54,692 nt of DNA from the NCBI RefSeq assembly GCF_006345805.1, contig NW_021833794.1, positions 1 to 54,692 on the forward strand, read 5' to 3'. The position numbers and the translations under genes were made by a program. The notes below the pieces were generated by a model that saw only the letters and a program-made list of their open reading frames with translations, was not told the origin of the DNA and did no database searches. This DNA is from Octopus sinensis. Taxonomy: Eukaryota. Shown here piece after piece: positions 11,241 to 24,811 of this stretch. Each line of letters starts with the position of its first letter. The stretch's first letter is position 1.

Positions 11241-12369
11241 AAAACGTGAGTCCAAGGAGTAAAGTTTCCTTCAAGGTAAAGCTAGATATGCAATTGTCAA
11301 GTAGATAAGAGAAGAGGTTTTAAATAGGAGCGATATATTCAAAATTGGTAAAGCAAAAATTGTCGAGGATAAATTAAATTTATTATTGCTACAGAATATG
11401 TTAGTGTTATTTAATTTCTGAACGTTGCTGTCGTTTCTTTATCCATCAGTTCCTACTAAGATAGAGATGCGAGTAAAATTAATAATAGGGAAACAAAAAT
11501 AAAACTTTGAAAACAGCAACGCAGCCATAACTTACGTGGAAACCATGAGCGTGCTTTCAAGAGAGATAATCAGGGAAAGACTTGAAAGTCAACGTAAGAT
11601 CGTAATACTTCATATCAAGTAAATATATCAAATAATGAAGAATCCTTGTCTGGTACCGGATCGATCCCAAAATGTAACCAGTTCTTGCCAGTCACGAGGC
11701 CAAATATCCCTGAAAGTTCCATCCGAATCCAGGGACGTTGTGTGAGATAGACCACTCTTCTTCCGATCGGAGGCGGCCGTATTGCTATAAAGCGGTGATG
11801 AATACTCAGTACGAACTGGTCCAATTTTGGTTAAGCAAAACTGGTTAACGGAATGAATGAAGCTTTTTTTCCCCACTTAAATCATAATATAACTGTTCGT
11901 TTGAACTGTATCATCCAAACTTTTGCTCATGTGTGAGTGTATTTGTATATATATGCATATACATACATGTACACCAACATAAAAATATAATCATACTCAC
12001 ACACACGCAGACACACACACACACAGACACGCAGACACACACACACACACATACGTACTTATACCTATATATATGGATGCGTATATTTACTTTTACATAT
12101 GCATGCATTCGCCAGTACACATCCAAACACACACACGCACACATACATACAACCAACTATCAACACACACACACACACACACACACACAGCGCTCCGGCG
12201 TGTGTGTTTTGTGTGACAAAGAAAGCAATAGAAATAACACCATTAACTGTAATATTCCCATTTGTTAGTAATGCACTCTTATCGAAGGAATGGTTGAGAC
12301 TTATTGAGGGAAAAATGCTGTAACTTTATCTAAAGGAATATGAATAACATATCTCTAGCCGCGACCCAC

Positions 12370-12559
12370 CCCCATTCTCACCAAAATCACCCGCACCACC
12401 ACCACCGTCTCCATTACCATTAGCACCAACATCCTTGCCACCACCACCACCATTTCCACTACCGTCACCACTAAAATACCACCACCACCACCACTAGCTC
12501 TCCATTCACCACCATCGTAGTTGTTGTCATCACCATCATCATCATCATCATCGTCGTCT

Positions 12560-12591
<32 letters not shown>

Positions 12592-13244
12592 ATCATCATC
12601 ATCATCAGTGTCATCGTCGTCGTTGTCATGATCACCATCGCCATCATATTCCCCCCAATGCTTCTCCATTTCCTCCTCTTCCTTGTCCTCTCCTCATCGT
12701 CGTCATCAGTACCACCATTATCATCAGCAACGCCAGTTCCTCTACTACCACCACCACCACCACCACTATCATCATTCTCCTCTTTTCCATTCTCTTACTC
12801 CCTCTCCATTCTCCTCTTCTTCTCCATTCTCCTCTTCTTCTCCATTCTCATCTCCATTCTCCTCCCCCTCCTCCTCCTACTCATCGTCTCCATTCTCCTC
12901 CTCGCCCTCTCCTTTCTCCTCTCCTTTTTTCCATTCTCCTTCTCCCTTTTTCCATTCTCCTCCTTCATTCTCCTCCTCCTTTCCCCTTCTGCTCCCTCCT
13001 CCCTTCTGCTCCCTCCTCCCTTCTGCTCCCTCCTCCCTTCTGCTCCCTTCTGCTCCCTTCTCCCTACTCCTCCACCCTTCTCTTCCTCAATTCTCCTCCC
13101 TTTTCCAGTCTCCCTTCTCCTCCTTTCTCTCCTCTCTTCTTCCCTTCTCCTCCTCCTCCTCCCTCCTCCTCCTTCTCAACATCCTCCATTCTCTTCCTCC
13201 TTTTCTACATTCTCTTTCTCCCCTTCTGCATTCTCCTCCTCCTT

Positions 13245-13286
<42 letters not shown>

Positions 13287-13310
13287 GTCATCATCATCAT
13301 CATCGTCATC
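12370..13310. repeat. Compound low-complexity tract: (CAC)n/(CAT)n and about 460 bp of nearly G-free CT-rich sequence
   Basis: Direct reading; source of the S/P/H/D-rich artefact ORFs. Confidence 0.9.
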
Positions 13311-13414
13311 ATTAGCAGCCCAGCCGTCTCCAGCATAGATGTCGTTATGAACAGAATGAAAGGTAATGCAGAACCATTACCAATGGCGATAAATAGCGAC
13401 AAATAAATATGCCA

Positions 13415-13445
<31 letters not shown>

Positions 13446-13611
13446 CGAAGCAAGACAGAAATCTATTACAGTAGCCAAGACCAAAAGGAAACCGAACAGC
13501 AATGAAGAATATTGGCCGATAAGGAAGACAATCATCAAAGTTGCTGTTTAAAGCAAGCGCAGTTACGTCAGTTTTTCCTGTTTAAGTTGTTCTTGTTGCT
13601 GTTGATGATGC

Positions 13612-13660
<49 letters not shown>

Positions 13661-13771
13661 GAAGATGATGATGATGATTATGATGGTTGTAGTGGTGATT
13701 GGTAATAATAATAATAATAATAATAATAGTAATAATAATAAGGATGATATTGTCCGCTATATTGAGAATTT

Positions 13772-14079
13772 GTGGAGGTACATGACCGAGTGGTTAGAGT
13801 AGCGGACTCACGATCGAGGGATCACGAGTTCGAATCTCAAACCGGGCGGTGTGTGTGTTTATGAGCGAAATACCTTAGCCCCACGCGGCTCCGTCGAGAA
13901 GGTAATGGCGTACTTCTGCTGACTCTTCTGCCACAATTTTCTCTCACTCTTCCCTCCTGCATCTAGCAGCTTACCTGCGACGGAGAAGCGTCCCGTCCAG
14001 ATGGGGAACCTATACGCCAATGAGTCCGGGAAACCGGCCCTTATGAGCCAGGTATGGCTCAAGAAGGAACAAACAATAA
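13772..14079 (+). mobile_element. SINE with family-B-like head and V-domain-like tail
   Basis: tRNA-like head, tail ctgcgacggagaagcgtcccgtccag; flanked by 14-bp TSD tatattg(a/g)gaattt at 13758-13771 and 14080-14093. Confidence 0.8.
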
Positions 14080-14686
14080 TATATTGGGAATTTACACTAG
14101 GATAGCAAAAATCCTGCAATTATAATTGCGATGAAGGGAAACTTGTTAACTGAGTACGATATGATTAAGTTGAATACATACATACATAGGTGTGTGTGAG
14201 AGAGGGGGGAGAGGGGGAGAGAAAAATGGAGAGATGGATAGAGAGGGAGAGAGAGGGTGCGTGTGTGTACGGATCTGTACTTGTGTGACCATTTATACAC
14301 AAACTCAGCGCAGATGTGTAATTCAGGGGACAAAGTATGCTTTAAAATTGTTTACGGGAATTTGTAACATGTAAATAATATTTGCATGTTATAAATTCCC
14401 GTAAACGATAACCACTGCACCAAGGTGACATCGCATATTTACCCGTCCAAATTTCTTAGGCTTTCACCTGCCAGTAGTCTCTAATCGGGAACAGAATCCA
14501 CGTGGTGTCAAGGCCTGCTATTATAGAACTGGGATTCATGTGAACTTATAGTAGCGTTTGATAAATATATTGTGTACAGAAATGTAGGATATACAACAAA
14601 TTAAGTGAAATTCCGTTTTTCCTAGTATTCTTTTCTACTCAAATCACAAGGCCCGAAATTTTCGGAGAGGGGTGGGGCAATCGATT

Positions 14687-15462
14687 AGAAGCTCTGGACA
14701 CAAAGCAGAAACGGAAGGACTGATTCTCGCCGCACAAGCCTAATCCCTGTCCACAAACAACTATGAATGCAAAATAACGAAAACAGGCCCTAACACCAAC
14801 TGCATGATGTGCAACCAGTACAATGAGACAGTTGACCACATCATCTCTGGTTGTCCAGTCCTTGCCAAATCTGAATATATATACAGACATGACTGAGTAC
14901 GTAGTTATATTCACTGGGCAATATACCAACACTACAACATAAAAACTGACAAGAAATGATATAAGCATGTGCACATGCTTATACCATTTATACAACCCAA
15001 ATAAAGGAATCCCTAAACCTAAGACACATGCTATACAGTAAATATAACAAGGTACATGACAACGACCAGGCCACAATTATTTGGGATATGCCTGTTCAAA
15101 CTGACAAAGAAGTGAAAGCTAGTCTACAGACATGATAATCAAGAATTGAAAAAATAATCCCCCAAAACACCTGATTACTGATAGACACAGGAGTCCCTGT
15201 GTTAGGGTTAGGGCTAGGGTTTAGAGCAGGGGATGAGTGGAGAAACTGTCAATGTAAAAAGTGCTCGAAATTGAAGTATTCAAGATGTGGGGCATGAAGG
15301 TGGAAGCAATACCAGTAATAATAGGAAAATTTGCTATGATTAAAGTTATATGAACGAAAACGTAGAAATTATACCTGGACCTTCAACACTACACACCATC
15401 CAAAACATAGGCTCTGTTAAGAACAGCCCACATCCTGCGTAAGACACTGTCAATTCAATAGT
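14687..15462 (+). mobile_element. R4/Dong-like LINE fragment (second subfamily), pseudogenised
   Basis: ETEGLILAAQ, CMMCNQYNETVDHIISGC zinc knuckle, IIWDMP, TAHILRKTLSIQ*; stops and insertions; putative 3' UTR resumes at 15803-15855. Confidence 0.85.
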
Positions 15463-15802
15463 CTGAGACCCCCTTCGGTCATGAATGACCATGAGATTGC
15501 ACCTACAAAGTTACCCTCTGAGGCGCAAATTCAGGCAAGGTTGTTTACGGATGACTAGCAGTCACCCATGCATACCAGCCTCCCCTTTCCACGCCACCGA
15601 TGTTATCTTAGGGAAAGGCAAAGGGGCCGATACAGCTTGGTACCAGTGACGTCGCAACTTATTTCTACAGCTGAGTGAACTGAAGCAACGTGAAATAAAG
15701 TGTCTTGCTCAAGAACACAACAGGCAGCCCGGTTCGGGAATCGTACTCATAACCTCACGATCGCAAGCTCGTCGCTCTAACCACTGAGCCATTCGCCTTC
15801 AG
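15463..15802 (-). mobile_element. CORE-like SINE family D
   Basis: tRNA-like head tgaaggcgaatggctcagtggttagagc, CORE-like tgtgttcttgagcaagacacttt...cactcagctgtagaaat; 11-bp TSD AATTCAATAGT at 15452-15462 and 15803-15813. Confidence 0.88.
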
Positions 15803-15865
15803 AATTCAATAGTACAACCCAAATAAAAGAATCTCTAAACCTAAGACACATGCTATTTTTTTTTT

Positions 15866-16070
15866 TTACTTGTTTCAGTCATTTGACTGCGGCCATGCTG
15901 GAGCACTGCCTTTAGTCGAGCAAATCGACCCCAGGACTTATTCTTTGTAAGCCCAGTACTTATTCTATCGGTCTCTTTTGCCGAACCGCTAAGTGACGGG
16001 GACGTAAACACACCAGCATCGGTTGTCAAGCAATGCTAGGGGGACAAACACAGACACACAAACACACACA

Positions 16071-16131
<61 letters not shown>

Positions 16132-16294
16132 GACAGGCTTCTTTCAGTTTCCGTCTACCAAATCCACTCACAAGGCTTTGGTCGGCCCGGGGCTATAGCA
16201 GAAGACACTTGCCCAAGATGCCACGCAGTGGGACTGAACTCGGAACCATGTGGTTGGTTAGCAAGCTACTTACCACACAGCCACTCCTGCGCCT
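15866..16294 (-). mobile_element. SINE family A, full length
   Basis: Complete head aggcgcaggagtggctgtgtgg through tail. Confidence 0.9.
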
Positions 16295-17391
16295 AACAGT
16301 AAATAAAATAAAACCTACGACAACATGTACTCTACAGGCCGGATACCTAACAGAACACAGCTCGTATTACAAGCGCGACAAACACTGCAAATACTAATAC
16401 GACAAAAGACTACTAATACGACTACAACCAAACCCCATAACGAAACAAACTGATATAATACAACACTGGGAAAAAGGGTGCACTTCCCCAACAGCAAACC
16501 CCCCCCCCCAAAAAAATAGAAAACAAAATGCTGCACACACCCCAGCAACACGGAAGTGTAGAAGATGCTGCTGTAGAAATTTGCCTGAATGTATCAGTCG
16601 TCGAATGTTGACGACGATTATGATGATGATGATGAAAGTGGAAATCGTAGTGATAATAATAACAATGGGAACAATAACAAGAATGACAAGAATAACAAAG
16701 CACCAATAATAACGGTAATAATAATAATAATGATAATAATAATAACAGCAAGAATAGAAATAATAATAGTTAATAACAGCCATAACGTTATTAAAAATGA
16801 TAATATCTATTACCAGGGCGGGAAAGAATGCAGCAAATTTACGAAATAATATCATCAATTATAATAAGAAATACCACAGAAATATATATATATATACACA
16901 ATGTTTATGCGTGGTATAGATACAAATATATCCATTAATATGAATAAGTAGCCAGCGACAACGAATAAATAAATGCAATCCAACCGTATTATCGAAGTAT
17001 TAGGGAAAGCATGTTTTAATTGAAAAGCAACATACTTGGAGAGCATGATAAGAGCAAATATATACTATATCATATTATGTTATATTATATTGTATTATAT
17101 TATATTATATTATATCATATTATATTATATTACATTATGTTATGTAATATTATATTTGTGTATGTAATAATACTGGGAGTAAATAAGTATTTTTGTTGTA
17201 TTAGGAAATGCAGTGTTATATTACGGTAATGGATTGTTGGATAGCGCAGGAAGAAAAACGTTAATCATCATCATCATCATCATCACCGTAGTGATCATCG
17301 TCATCATCGTCATCTCCATCTATGCTTCTGTGGTTAATGCAAACACTGACGACAGACGTGACAAACCTCGGCCTTTCAGTGTGTATATTCT

Positions 17392-17790
17392 TTCTTTTCT
17401 TTTATTCTTTTACTTGTTTCAGTCATTTGACTGCGGCCATGCTGGAGCACCGCCTTTAGTCGAGCAAATCGACCCCGGGACTTATTCTTTTTTAAGCCCA
17501 GTACTTATTCTATCGGTCTCTTTTGCCGAACCGCTAGGTGACGGGGACGTAAACACACTAGCATCGGTTGTCAAGCAATGCTAGGGGGACAAACACAGAC
17601 ATACACACACATATATATATACATATATACGACAGGCTTCTTTCAGTTTCCGTCTACCAAATCGACTCACAAGGCATTGGTCGGCTCGGGGCTATAGCAG
17701 AAGACACTTGCCCAAGATGCCACGCAGTGGGACTGAACCCGGAACCATGTGGTTGGTTAGCAAGCTACTTACCACACAGCCACTCCTGCG

Positions 17791-17793
<3 letters not shown>
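17392..17793 (-). mobile_element. SINE family A, full length
   Basis: As above. Confidence 0.9.
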
Positions 17794-17886
<93 letters not shown>

Positions 17887-17933
17887 TCATACATAGATAT
17901 ACATATGTATATACATGTATATATATATAAATA

Positions 17934-18404
17934 CAAGGTGTCTATAAAGTCTCTTTACAATTAAAAAATTTTATTACAAAGGCAGTACACAAGATACCAT
18001 AAAAAGATTTATTTTATTGTAACAATTGTTTATTAAAATTTTTTTAACTGTTATTTAATATACCTCAATATGGGCACCATTAGTTGTGCGAAACACATCA
18101 AAACGGTACTCGATTTCTTACCATGTTCGCTGTAAGATAGCCTCATCAACGGTGGCAATGACATTACGAATCCTTTGCTTCAAGTTAGCAATGTCCTGTA
18201 TCTTTGTTCGATACACGATATCTTTTACATAACTCCATAAAAAGAAGTCCAAGGGAGTGATATCTGGCGAACGCTGTAGCCATGGAATTGGTCCCCAATG
18301 TGGTGGTGCACCATCTTGCTGAAGGATGATGGTTGGTTGTAAATCAATCAGTTGTGGTGCCACATATTCGGTCAGAAGGTTGAGGTAAACATCTGCAGTA
18401 ATTA
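17934..18404 (-). mobile_element. Tc1/mariner-superfamily transposon 3' fragment (maT/rosa-like motifs)
   Basis: ILQQDGAPPHW..WLQRSPDITPLDFFLWSYVKDIVY; terminal CAAGGTGTC after TA at 17932-17933; internal deletion; abutted by a SINE A tail at about 18405-18620. Confidence 0.85.
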
Positions 18405-18784
18405 CTCTCTCTTTTACTCTTTTACTTGTTTCAGTCATTTGACTGCGGCCATGCTGGAGCACCGCCTTTAGTCGATCAAATCGACCCCGGGACTTATTCT
18501 TTGTAAGCCCAGTACTTATTCTATCAGTCTCTTTTGCCGAACCGCTAAGTGACGGGGACGTAAACATACCAGCATCGGTTGTCAAGCAATACTAGGGGGA
18601 CAAACACAGACACACAAATTGCTGCTAAGGATTATGGCTGGCATGCTGAACTGTTCTGCCAACTCGCCACTCTAATGGAGTCAATAAAACAGTTTCAAAA
18701 TTTGACACAAGGCTAGCAAGTTAGGAGTAGGTACAAATCGTTTATACCAACCCCGGTGATCAACTGGTACTTATTCTATCGATC

Positions 18785-19169
18785 GTGGAGGCGCAATGGC
18801 CCAGTGGTTAGGGCAGCGGACTCGCGGTCATAGGATCGCGGTTTCGATTCCCAGACCGGGCGTTGTGAGTGTTTATTGAGCGAGAACACCTAAAAGTTCC
18901 ACGAGGCTCCGGCAGGGGATGGTGGCGATCCCTGCTGTACTCTTTCACCACAACTTTCTCTCACGCTTACTTCCTGTTTCTGTTGTACCTGTATTTCAAG
19001 GGGCCGGCCTTGTCACTCTCTGTGTCACGCTGAATATCCCCGAGAACTACGTTAAGGGTACACGTGTCTGTGGAGTGCTCAGCTACTTACACGTTAATTT
19101 CACGAGCAGGCTGTTCCGTTGATTCGGATCAACCGGAACCATCATCGTCGTAACCGACGGAGTGCTTCC
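18785..19169 (+). mobile_element. SINE family B, full length, nested in a family C copy
   Basis: Head gtggaggcgcaatggcccagtgg to tail aaccgacggagtgcttcc; 12-bp TSD ATTCTATCGATC at 18773-18784 and 19170-19181. Confidence 0.92.
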
Positions 19170-20299
19170 ATTCTATCGATCTCGGAAGGACGGAGGGTAA
19201 AGTCGCCCTCGACGGAATTTGCGCTCAGCACATAAGGAAGGACGAATTGCCGTTAAGCATTTTGTCTGGCGTGCTAAACCGTTCTGCCAGGTTGCTGCTG
19301 TAACGAAGTCGATAATAGCAAAACAATATCAATAATGTAGAACAGACAGTTGTGACCTAGTAATGAGTGGAAATGGGTTAAACTGAAGCCGAAGGGGGCG
19401 GGGGTTGGCGATGGTGTTGGTGGGGGCGACGATGGTGATGGGTGAGTAATTATTCGGATGACGTTCTAAATGAATTTATCTTGACTATAAATCTGCCATA
19501 TCTACTCTCATATCTCGAACAATCAGACCGCCATTTTTTTTTTCCTCGATAGTTTTCTGATGTTTTTCACTAAGCACCAGCCAGCATACTGTGCAGCCTT
19601 TTTTCCACAGTGTATTACAAAAACAACATCACGTGCCGCCGTCGCCTTTGCCGCTGCTGCCGCTGCTGCCGCTGCTGCCGCTGCTGCCTCTGCTATTGCC
19701 ACCTCCGCTGTCACTGCCGTCACCGTAGCCGCAGCCGTAGCCGCTGGCACCCAGGGGCCTACTACCAGCACCGCTAATACATGGACACTGCTGGTTCCAT
19801 TGGCACAAATATCCCTACCGCAACCGCCCACAACATTACATCAAAAGCATAATCACAACAACCAAAATGACCACGACCACGACGAACCCTACGACGATAA
19901 CGATTAACACCACCACCACCACCACCACTACCACCACTACCACCACCACCACCACCACCACCACCACCACCACCACCACCACCACCACCATCACTGCTTA
20001 TCCTCTTCCATTGTTTTCTTCATTTCCTCTATATCTTCCTCCTTTTCCATCCTCCTCCTGTTCCTCCTCCTCCTCCTCATCATCATCAGCAGTAGCAGCA
20101 GCGAGCATAGTCATCATCTTCCTTGTTGTAATCATCATCACCAGCAACATTGTCATCGTCATTTTGACAATGACAATGACGATGATGATGATGATGATGA
20201 TGATGATGTCTTCGTCGTCGTCATCATCAACACCGCCGCTCCACAACTCATAATGTTAATCACAAGAAAAACAAAAATATTCATCATCATCATCACCAC

Positions 20300-20335
<36 letters not shown>

Positions 20336-20360
20336 TATCATCATCACCATCACCATCACC

Positions 20361-20428
<68 letters not shown>

Positions 20429-21200
20429 CCTCATCATCATCATCATTATCATTATCGTCAATCTTGCGCTCATTAAGATCATTATCGTCAAATATTAACG
20501 CCATTTCTTCATCACCTCCTTCATCAAGGCACATAGCAATCAATATCATCTTCATCATGGTCGTCGTCGTCATCACCACCATCTTTGGCTATTGTAGCCG
20601 TCATCATCATCATCACTATCAACATATGAGTAATTAGATCCCCCTCCCCTTCACTCACGCAGCCACCCACGCTATGGGTTAATAAGTATGCTTCCATATG
20701 GCGTCTATTTTACAGCTACGTGGACTGAGCAAAGCGAGAGGAAAAAAAAACAGCAACAAAAGCCGAAGAACGACGACAACAGCAACAATATCAACAACAA
20801 TAATGCCTTTTTTTTAACCACTGTAATGCTCCAGTTACTGTACTGCATCATACCGCGTTTATCAAAGAAGACTGCCCATAAAACAACAAACACCGTGATG
20901 AGTGAACCCGTGATAAATAAATCATTTTCATGCCCATTGTAATAGGAACGAATGATAGATTCATTAATACCATACACCCGGTCCACAAAAACGAAGCTTC
21001 CACCGTTATGTATTTTCGCGACCATCTCTACCTTTTATTGTAGAGAAAACACTCATCTGCACCGTTTATTACAATCAGGCGAATTCAGATTGGAATGAAT
21101 CGTAAGATTTATGGAAAACCAATTTTACGGCCCTCAGCAGCGAAGATTCCAACTTCACGTATTTCCTTAATCATCTTTATCGTTTATTCTAGAGAATAAA

Positions 21201-21610
21201 AGCGCAGGAGTGGCTGTGTGGTAAGTAGCTTGCTAACCAACCACATGGTTCCGGGTTCAGTCCCACTGCGTGGCATCTTGGGCAAGTGTCTTCTGCTATA
21301 GCCCCGGGCCGACCAATGCCTTGTGAGTGGATTTGGTAGACGGAAACTGAAAGAAGCCTGTCGTATATATATACATATATATATATGTGTGTGTGTGTGT
21401 TTGTGTTTGTCCCCCAAGCATTGCTTGACAACCGATGCTGGTGTGTTTACGTCCCTGTCACTTAGCGGTTCGGCAAAAGAGACCGATAGGATAAGTACTG
21501 GGCTTACAAAGAATAAGTCCTGGGGTCGATTTGCTCGACTAAAAAGGCGGTGCTCCAGCATGGCCGCAGTCAAAATGACTGAAACAAGTAAAAGAGTAAG
21601 AGTAAAGAGT
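21201..21610 (+). mobile_element. SINE family A, full length
   Basis: Head through aaaagagt tail. Confidence 0.9.
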
Positions 21611-21701
21611 AATACACTCTCGTCTCCATCTTTTGTTAAGATCAGGTGTCTTCATATATTTTCTGCTCATTGGTGCCTTGTCGATGGATACGAGCTGGTA
21701 A

Positions 21702-22042
21702 AAGACCCCGCCAATTTTGTTCATGAATGACCATGGGATTGCACTTAGATTAGAAATTTCTCCTCCGAGACACTAGTCCAGGCAAGGGTGTTTATGGAAG
21801 ACCAGCAGTCGCCCATGCATACCAGTTCCTCTCTCTACACACCACCGATGTTATCCACGGCAAAAGGTCGATACAGCTTGGCAGCAGTGACGTCGCAGCT
21901 CATTTCTAGAGTTGAATGTACTGGAGCAATGTGAAATAAAGTGTCTTGCTCAAGAACACAGCAAACAACCCGGTACCGGAATCAAACACACTACCTCATG
22001 ATTGTAAGCCCGACGCTCTCACCATTGAGCCATGCGCTTTCA
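21702..22042 (-). mobile_element. CORE-like SINE family D
   Basis: Homologous to 15463-15802 along its length. Confidence 0.8.
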
Positions 22043-22052
22043 TCGATAAATC

Positions 22053-22449
22053 ACTCTTTACTCTTTTACTCTTTTACTTGTTTCAGTCATTTGACTGTGA
22101 CCATGCTGGAGCACCGCTTTTTAGTCGAGCAAATCGACCCCAGGACTTATTCTATCAGCCTCTTTTGCCGAACCGCTAAGCTTCAGGGACGTAAACACAC
22201 CAGCATCGGTTGTCAAGCGATGTTGGGGGGACAAACACAGACACACAAACATATACACACACACATACATATATAAACATATATACGACGGGTTTCTTTC
22301 AGTTTCCGTCTACCAAATCCACTCACAAGGCTTTGGTTGGCCTGAAGTTATAGTAGAAGACACTTGCCCAAGGTGCCACGCAGTGGGACTGAACCCGGAG
22401 CCATGTTGTTGGTAAGCAAGCTACTTACCACACAGCCACTCCTACGCCT
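22053..22449 (-). mobile_element. SINE family A, full length
   Basis: As other family A copies. Confidence 0.9.
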
Positions 22450-23214
22450 ATACCACACGGCCACTCCTACGCCTATCTGTATAAAAAATACGTTGCATCT
22501 CATCACGGTCATGTAAATTCAATCAATAGTCAGTGAATTCTGGGTAGCTGAGCATTGTATGTGGTCATGCAGTCACGTCTTTGCCGTTTGTGTCGTTTTG
22601 TCGACTGATTGCCAACCCGTGCAATCACCAGTCAGTCAGTGATAAGCGTAACATGATTCACAATTGAGATTACCGCATTATTCCAGATTAGTGAAAGACG
22701 AGGCTACAGTATTGACAACTGTAATCTTGTTGCAACGCTATGACGGTATCGATCAGATAATCAGTTGTTGTTATATATCGCTGGTTACAATGCGTTTCGT
22801 ATTGGTTTTAGCTTTCGAACGATGCTACCTTGATGGCTAGGCGAACCGGTCAATATTCTTCCTAATCGGAATGTTACCTATTTACAGATGAGTGAACTTG
22901 CGCAAGGATTCTTTCTACCTGTCGCCCGGTCCAGGAATCGAACCCATGAACTAGCGATCGTGAGTACAACACTCTAACCACTAGGCAACACAACTTTATA
23001 CGTTACAACTGTAATATTGATTTCAAATTTTGGCACATGGCCAGCAATTTCGGGGAGGGGAACAGTCGATTACATCGATCCCAGTGCTCTATTGGTACTT
23101 ATATTCTCGACCCCGAAAAGATGAAGAACGTTTCACAAAGAATAAGTGTTGGGGGTCAATGTGTTCAACTAAAAGGCGGTGCCCCGGCACGGCTGCAGTC
23201 AAATGACTGACACA

Positions 23215-23608
23215 TGGATGGATGGAAGCACTCCGTCGGTTACGACGATGAGGGTTCCGGTTGACCCGAATCAACGGAACAGCCTGCTCGTGAAATTAAC
23301 GTGTAAGTGGCTGAGCACTCCACAGACACGTGTACCCTTAACGTAGTTCTCGGGGATATTCAGCGTGACACAGAGAGTGACAAGGCCGGCCCTTTGAAAT
23401 ACAGATACAACAGAAACAGGAAGTAAGAGTGAGAGAAAGTTGTGGTGAAAGAGTACAGCAGGGATCACCACCATCCCCTGCCGGAGCCTCGTGGAGCTTT
23501 TAGGTGTTTTCGCTCAATAAACACTCACAATGCTCGGTCTGGGAATCGAAACCGCGATACTATGACCGCGAGTCCGCTGCCCTAACCGCTGGGCCATTGC
23601 GCCTCCAC
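23215..23608 (-). mobile_element. SINE family B, full length, nested in a family A tail
   Basis: (TCCA)n tail; 11-bp TSD TGACTGACACA at 23204-23214 and 23609-23619. Confidence 0.92.
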
Positions 23609-24186
23609 TGACTGACACAAATAAAAGAGTAAAAGAATAACAGAATAAGTGACTAAAAGAATAAAAGAATACTGTATCTGATGGCACAAACAACACACGG
23701 ACATATACCCGACGCATCCTGATTTCGCAGAGATCTTATTGTGCTGCATTAAATCGTTTCGAAAATACCATTACCGAACAAATAGCAATTCTTTCTAATT
23801 ATGGCAGGAAGTCAGCATTTTTTTTGTGGGTAAGAGGCAAATCGATTCCATCGACCCTAGTTCTTCACTGGTACTTACTGTATGACGCCGAAAGGACGAA
23901 GGACATAGTTGCCATCATGATCGTCAATGTAACGCTCATTAAAGTCGGCATGATGATGATGATGATGATCATCATCATCATCATCAGCGTCGTCGTCGTC
24001 GTCGTGGTGATCGTCGTCATAATGTTGATGATGATCATCATCATCATGAATATCAAAGTCGTCGTCGTCGTCATCATCATCATCATTCATCATCATCATC
24101 AGCGTCATCATTGTCGTCATCATCATCATCATCATCATCATCATTATCATCGTAATCATCATAATCATGATTATGATCTTCCTCCT

Positions 24187-24585
24187 AAAGGCGGCGAGCT
24201 GGCAGAAACGTTAGCGCGCCGGGCGAAATGCTTAGCGATATTTCGTCTGCCGCTACGTTCTGAGTTCAAATTCCGCCGAGGTCGACTTTGCCTTTCATGC
24301 TTTCGGGGTCGATTAAATAAGTATCAGTTACGCAGTGGGGTCGATGTAATCGACTTAATCCCTCTGTCTTTCCTAGTTTGTCCCCTCTATGTTTAGCCCC
24401 TTGTGGGCAATAAAGAAATGAGTAACGTTAGCACGCCGGGCGAGTTCAAATTCCGCCGAGGTCGACTTTGCCTTTCATCCTTTCGGGGTCTATAAATCAA
24501 ATACCAGTTACGTACTGGCATCGAGCTAACCGATTGGCCCCCTCCCCCAAAATTTCGGGCCTTGTGCCTAGAGTAGAAAAAATTA
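24187..24585 (+). mobile_element. Two adjacent SINE family C copies with different tails
   Basis: Both carry gagttcaaattccgccgaggtcgactttgcctttcat; first ends ccccttgtgggcaataaagaaa, second ends ccttgtgcctagagtagaaa. Confidence 0.8.
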
Positions 24586-24811
24586 TGATCCTTCTCCTCA
24601 TCATCATAAGATTCATAGGACATATCCCGGCTTCCATGGCGTACATATGATCGAGGTGTTAGCACTCCTCTAAGCGGGTCGCGAGCCCTCCGTAGGGTTA
24701 CTCATGTAGAGCTGAATGACGATTCTAGGTCATTTAGCCCCCATCGAGGACAACAGATGATAATTTCAAATTTTTTAATATATTGGATAGGGGGTGATTA
24801 ACCAAATGGCT

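Noticed and set aside
10780-11760. Pieces of another interspersed repeat (aatccttgtc...gatcgatcccaa at about 10974 and 11640)
   Set aside because: Repeated motif is real but I cannot define ends or class, so not listed as a feature.
12355-13453. Long S/P/H/D/L-rich ORFs up to 236 aa
   Set aside because: Low-complexity tract open in several frames on both strands; no domain or splice support.
18785-18860. tRNA genes at SINE heads
   Set aside because: A/B-box-like motifs present but no complete cloverleaf, and each continues into a SINE body.
19523-19907. Poly-Ala ORFs on both strands
   Set aside because: (GCC/GCT)n repeat; no recognisable domain or splice pair.
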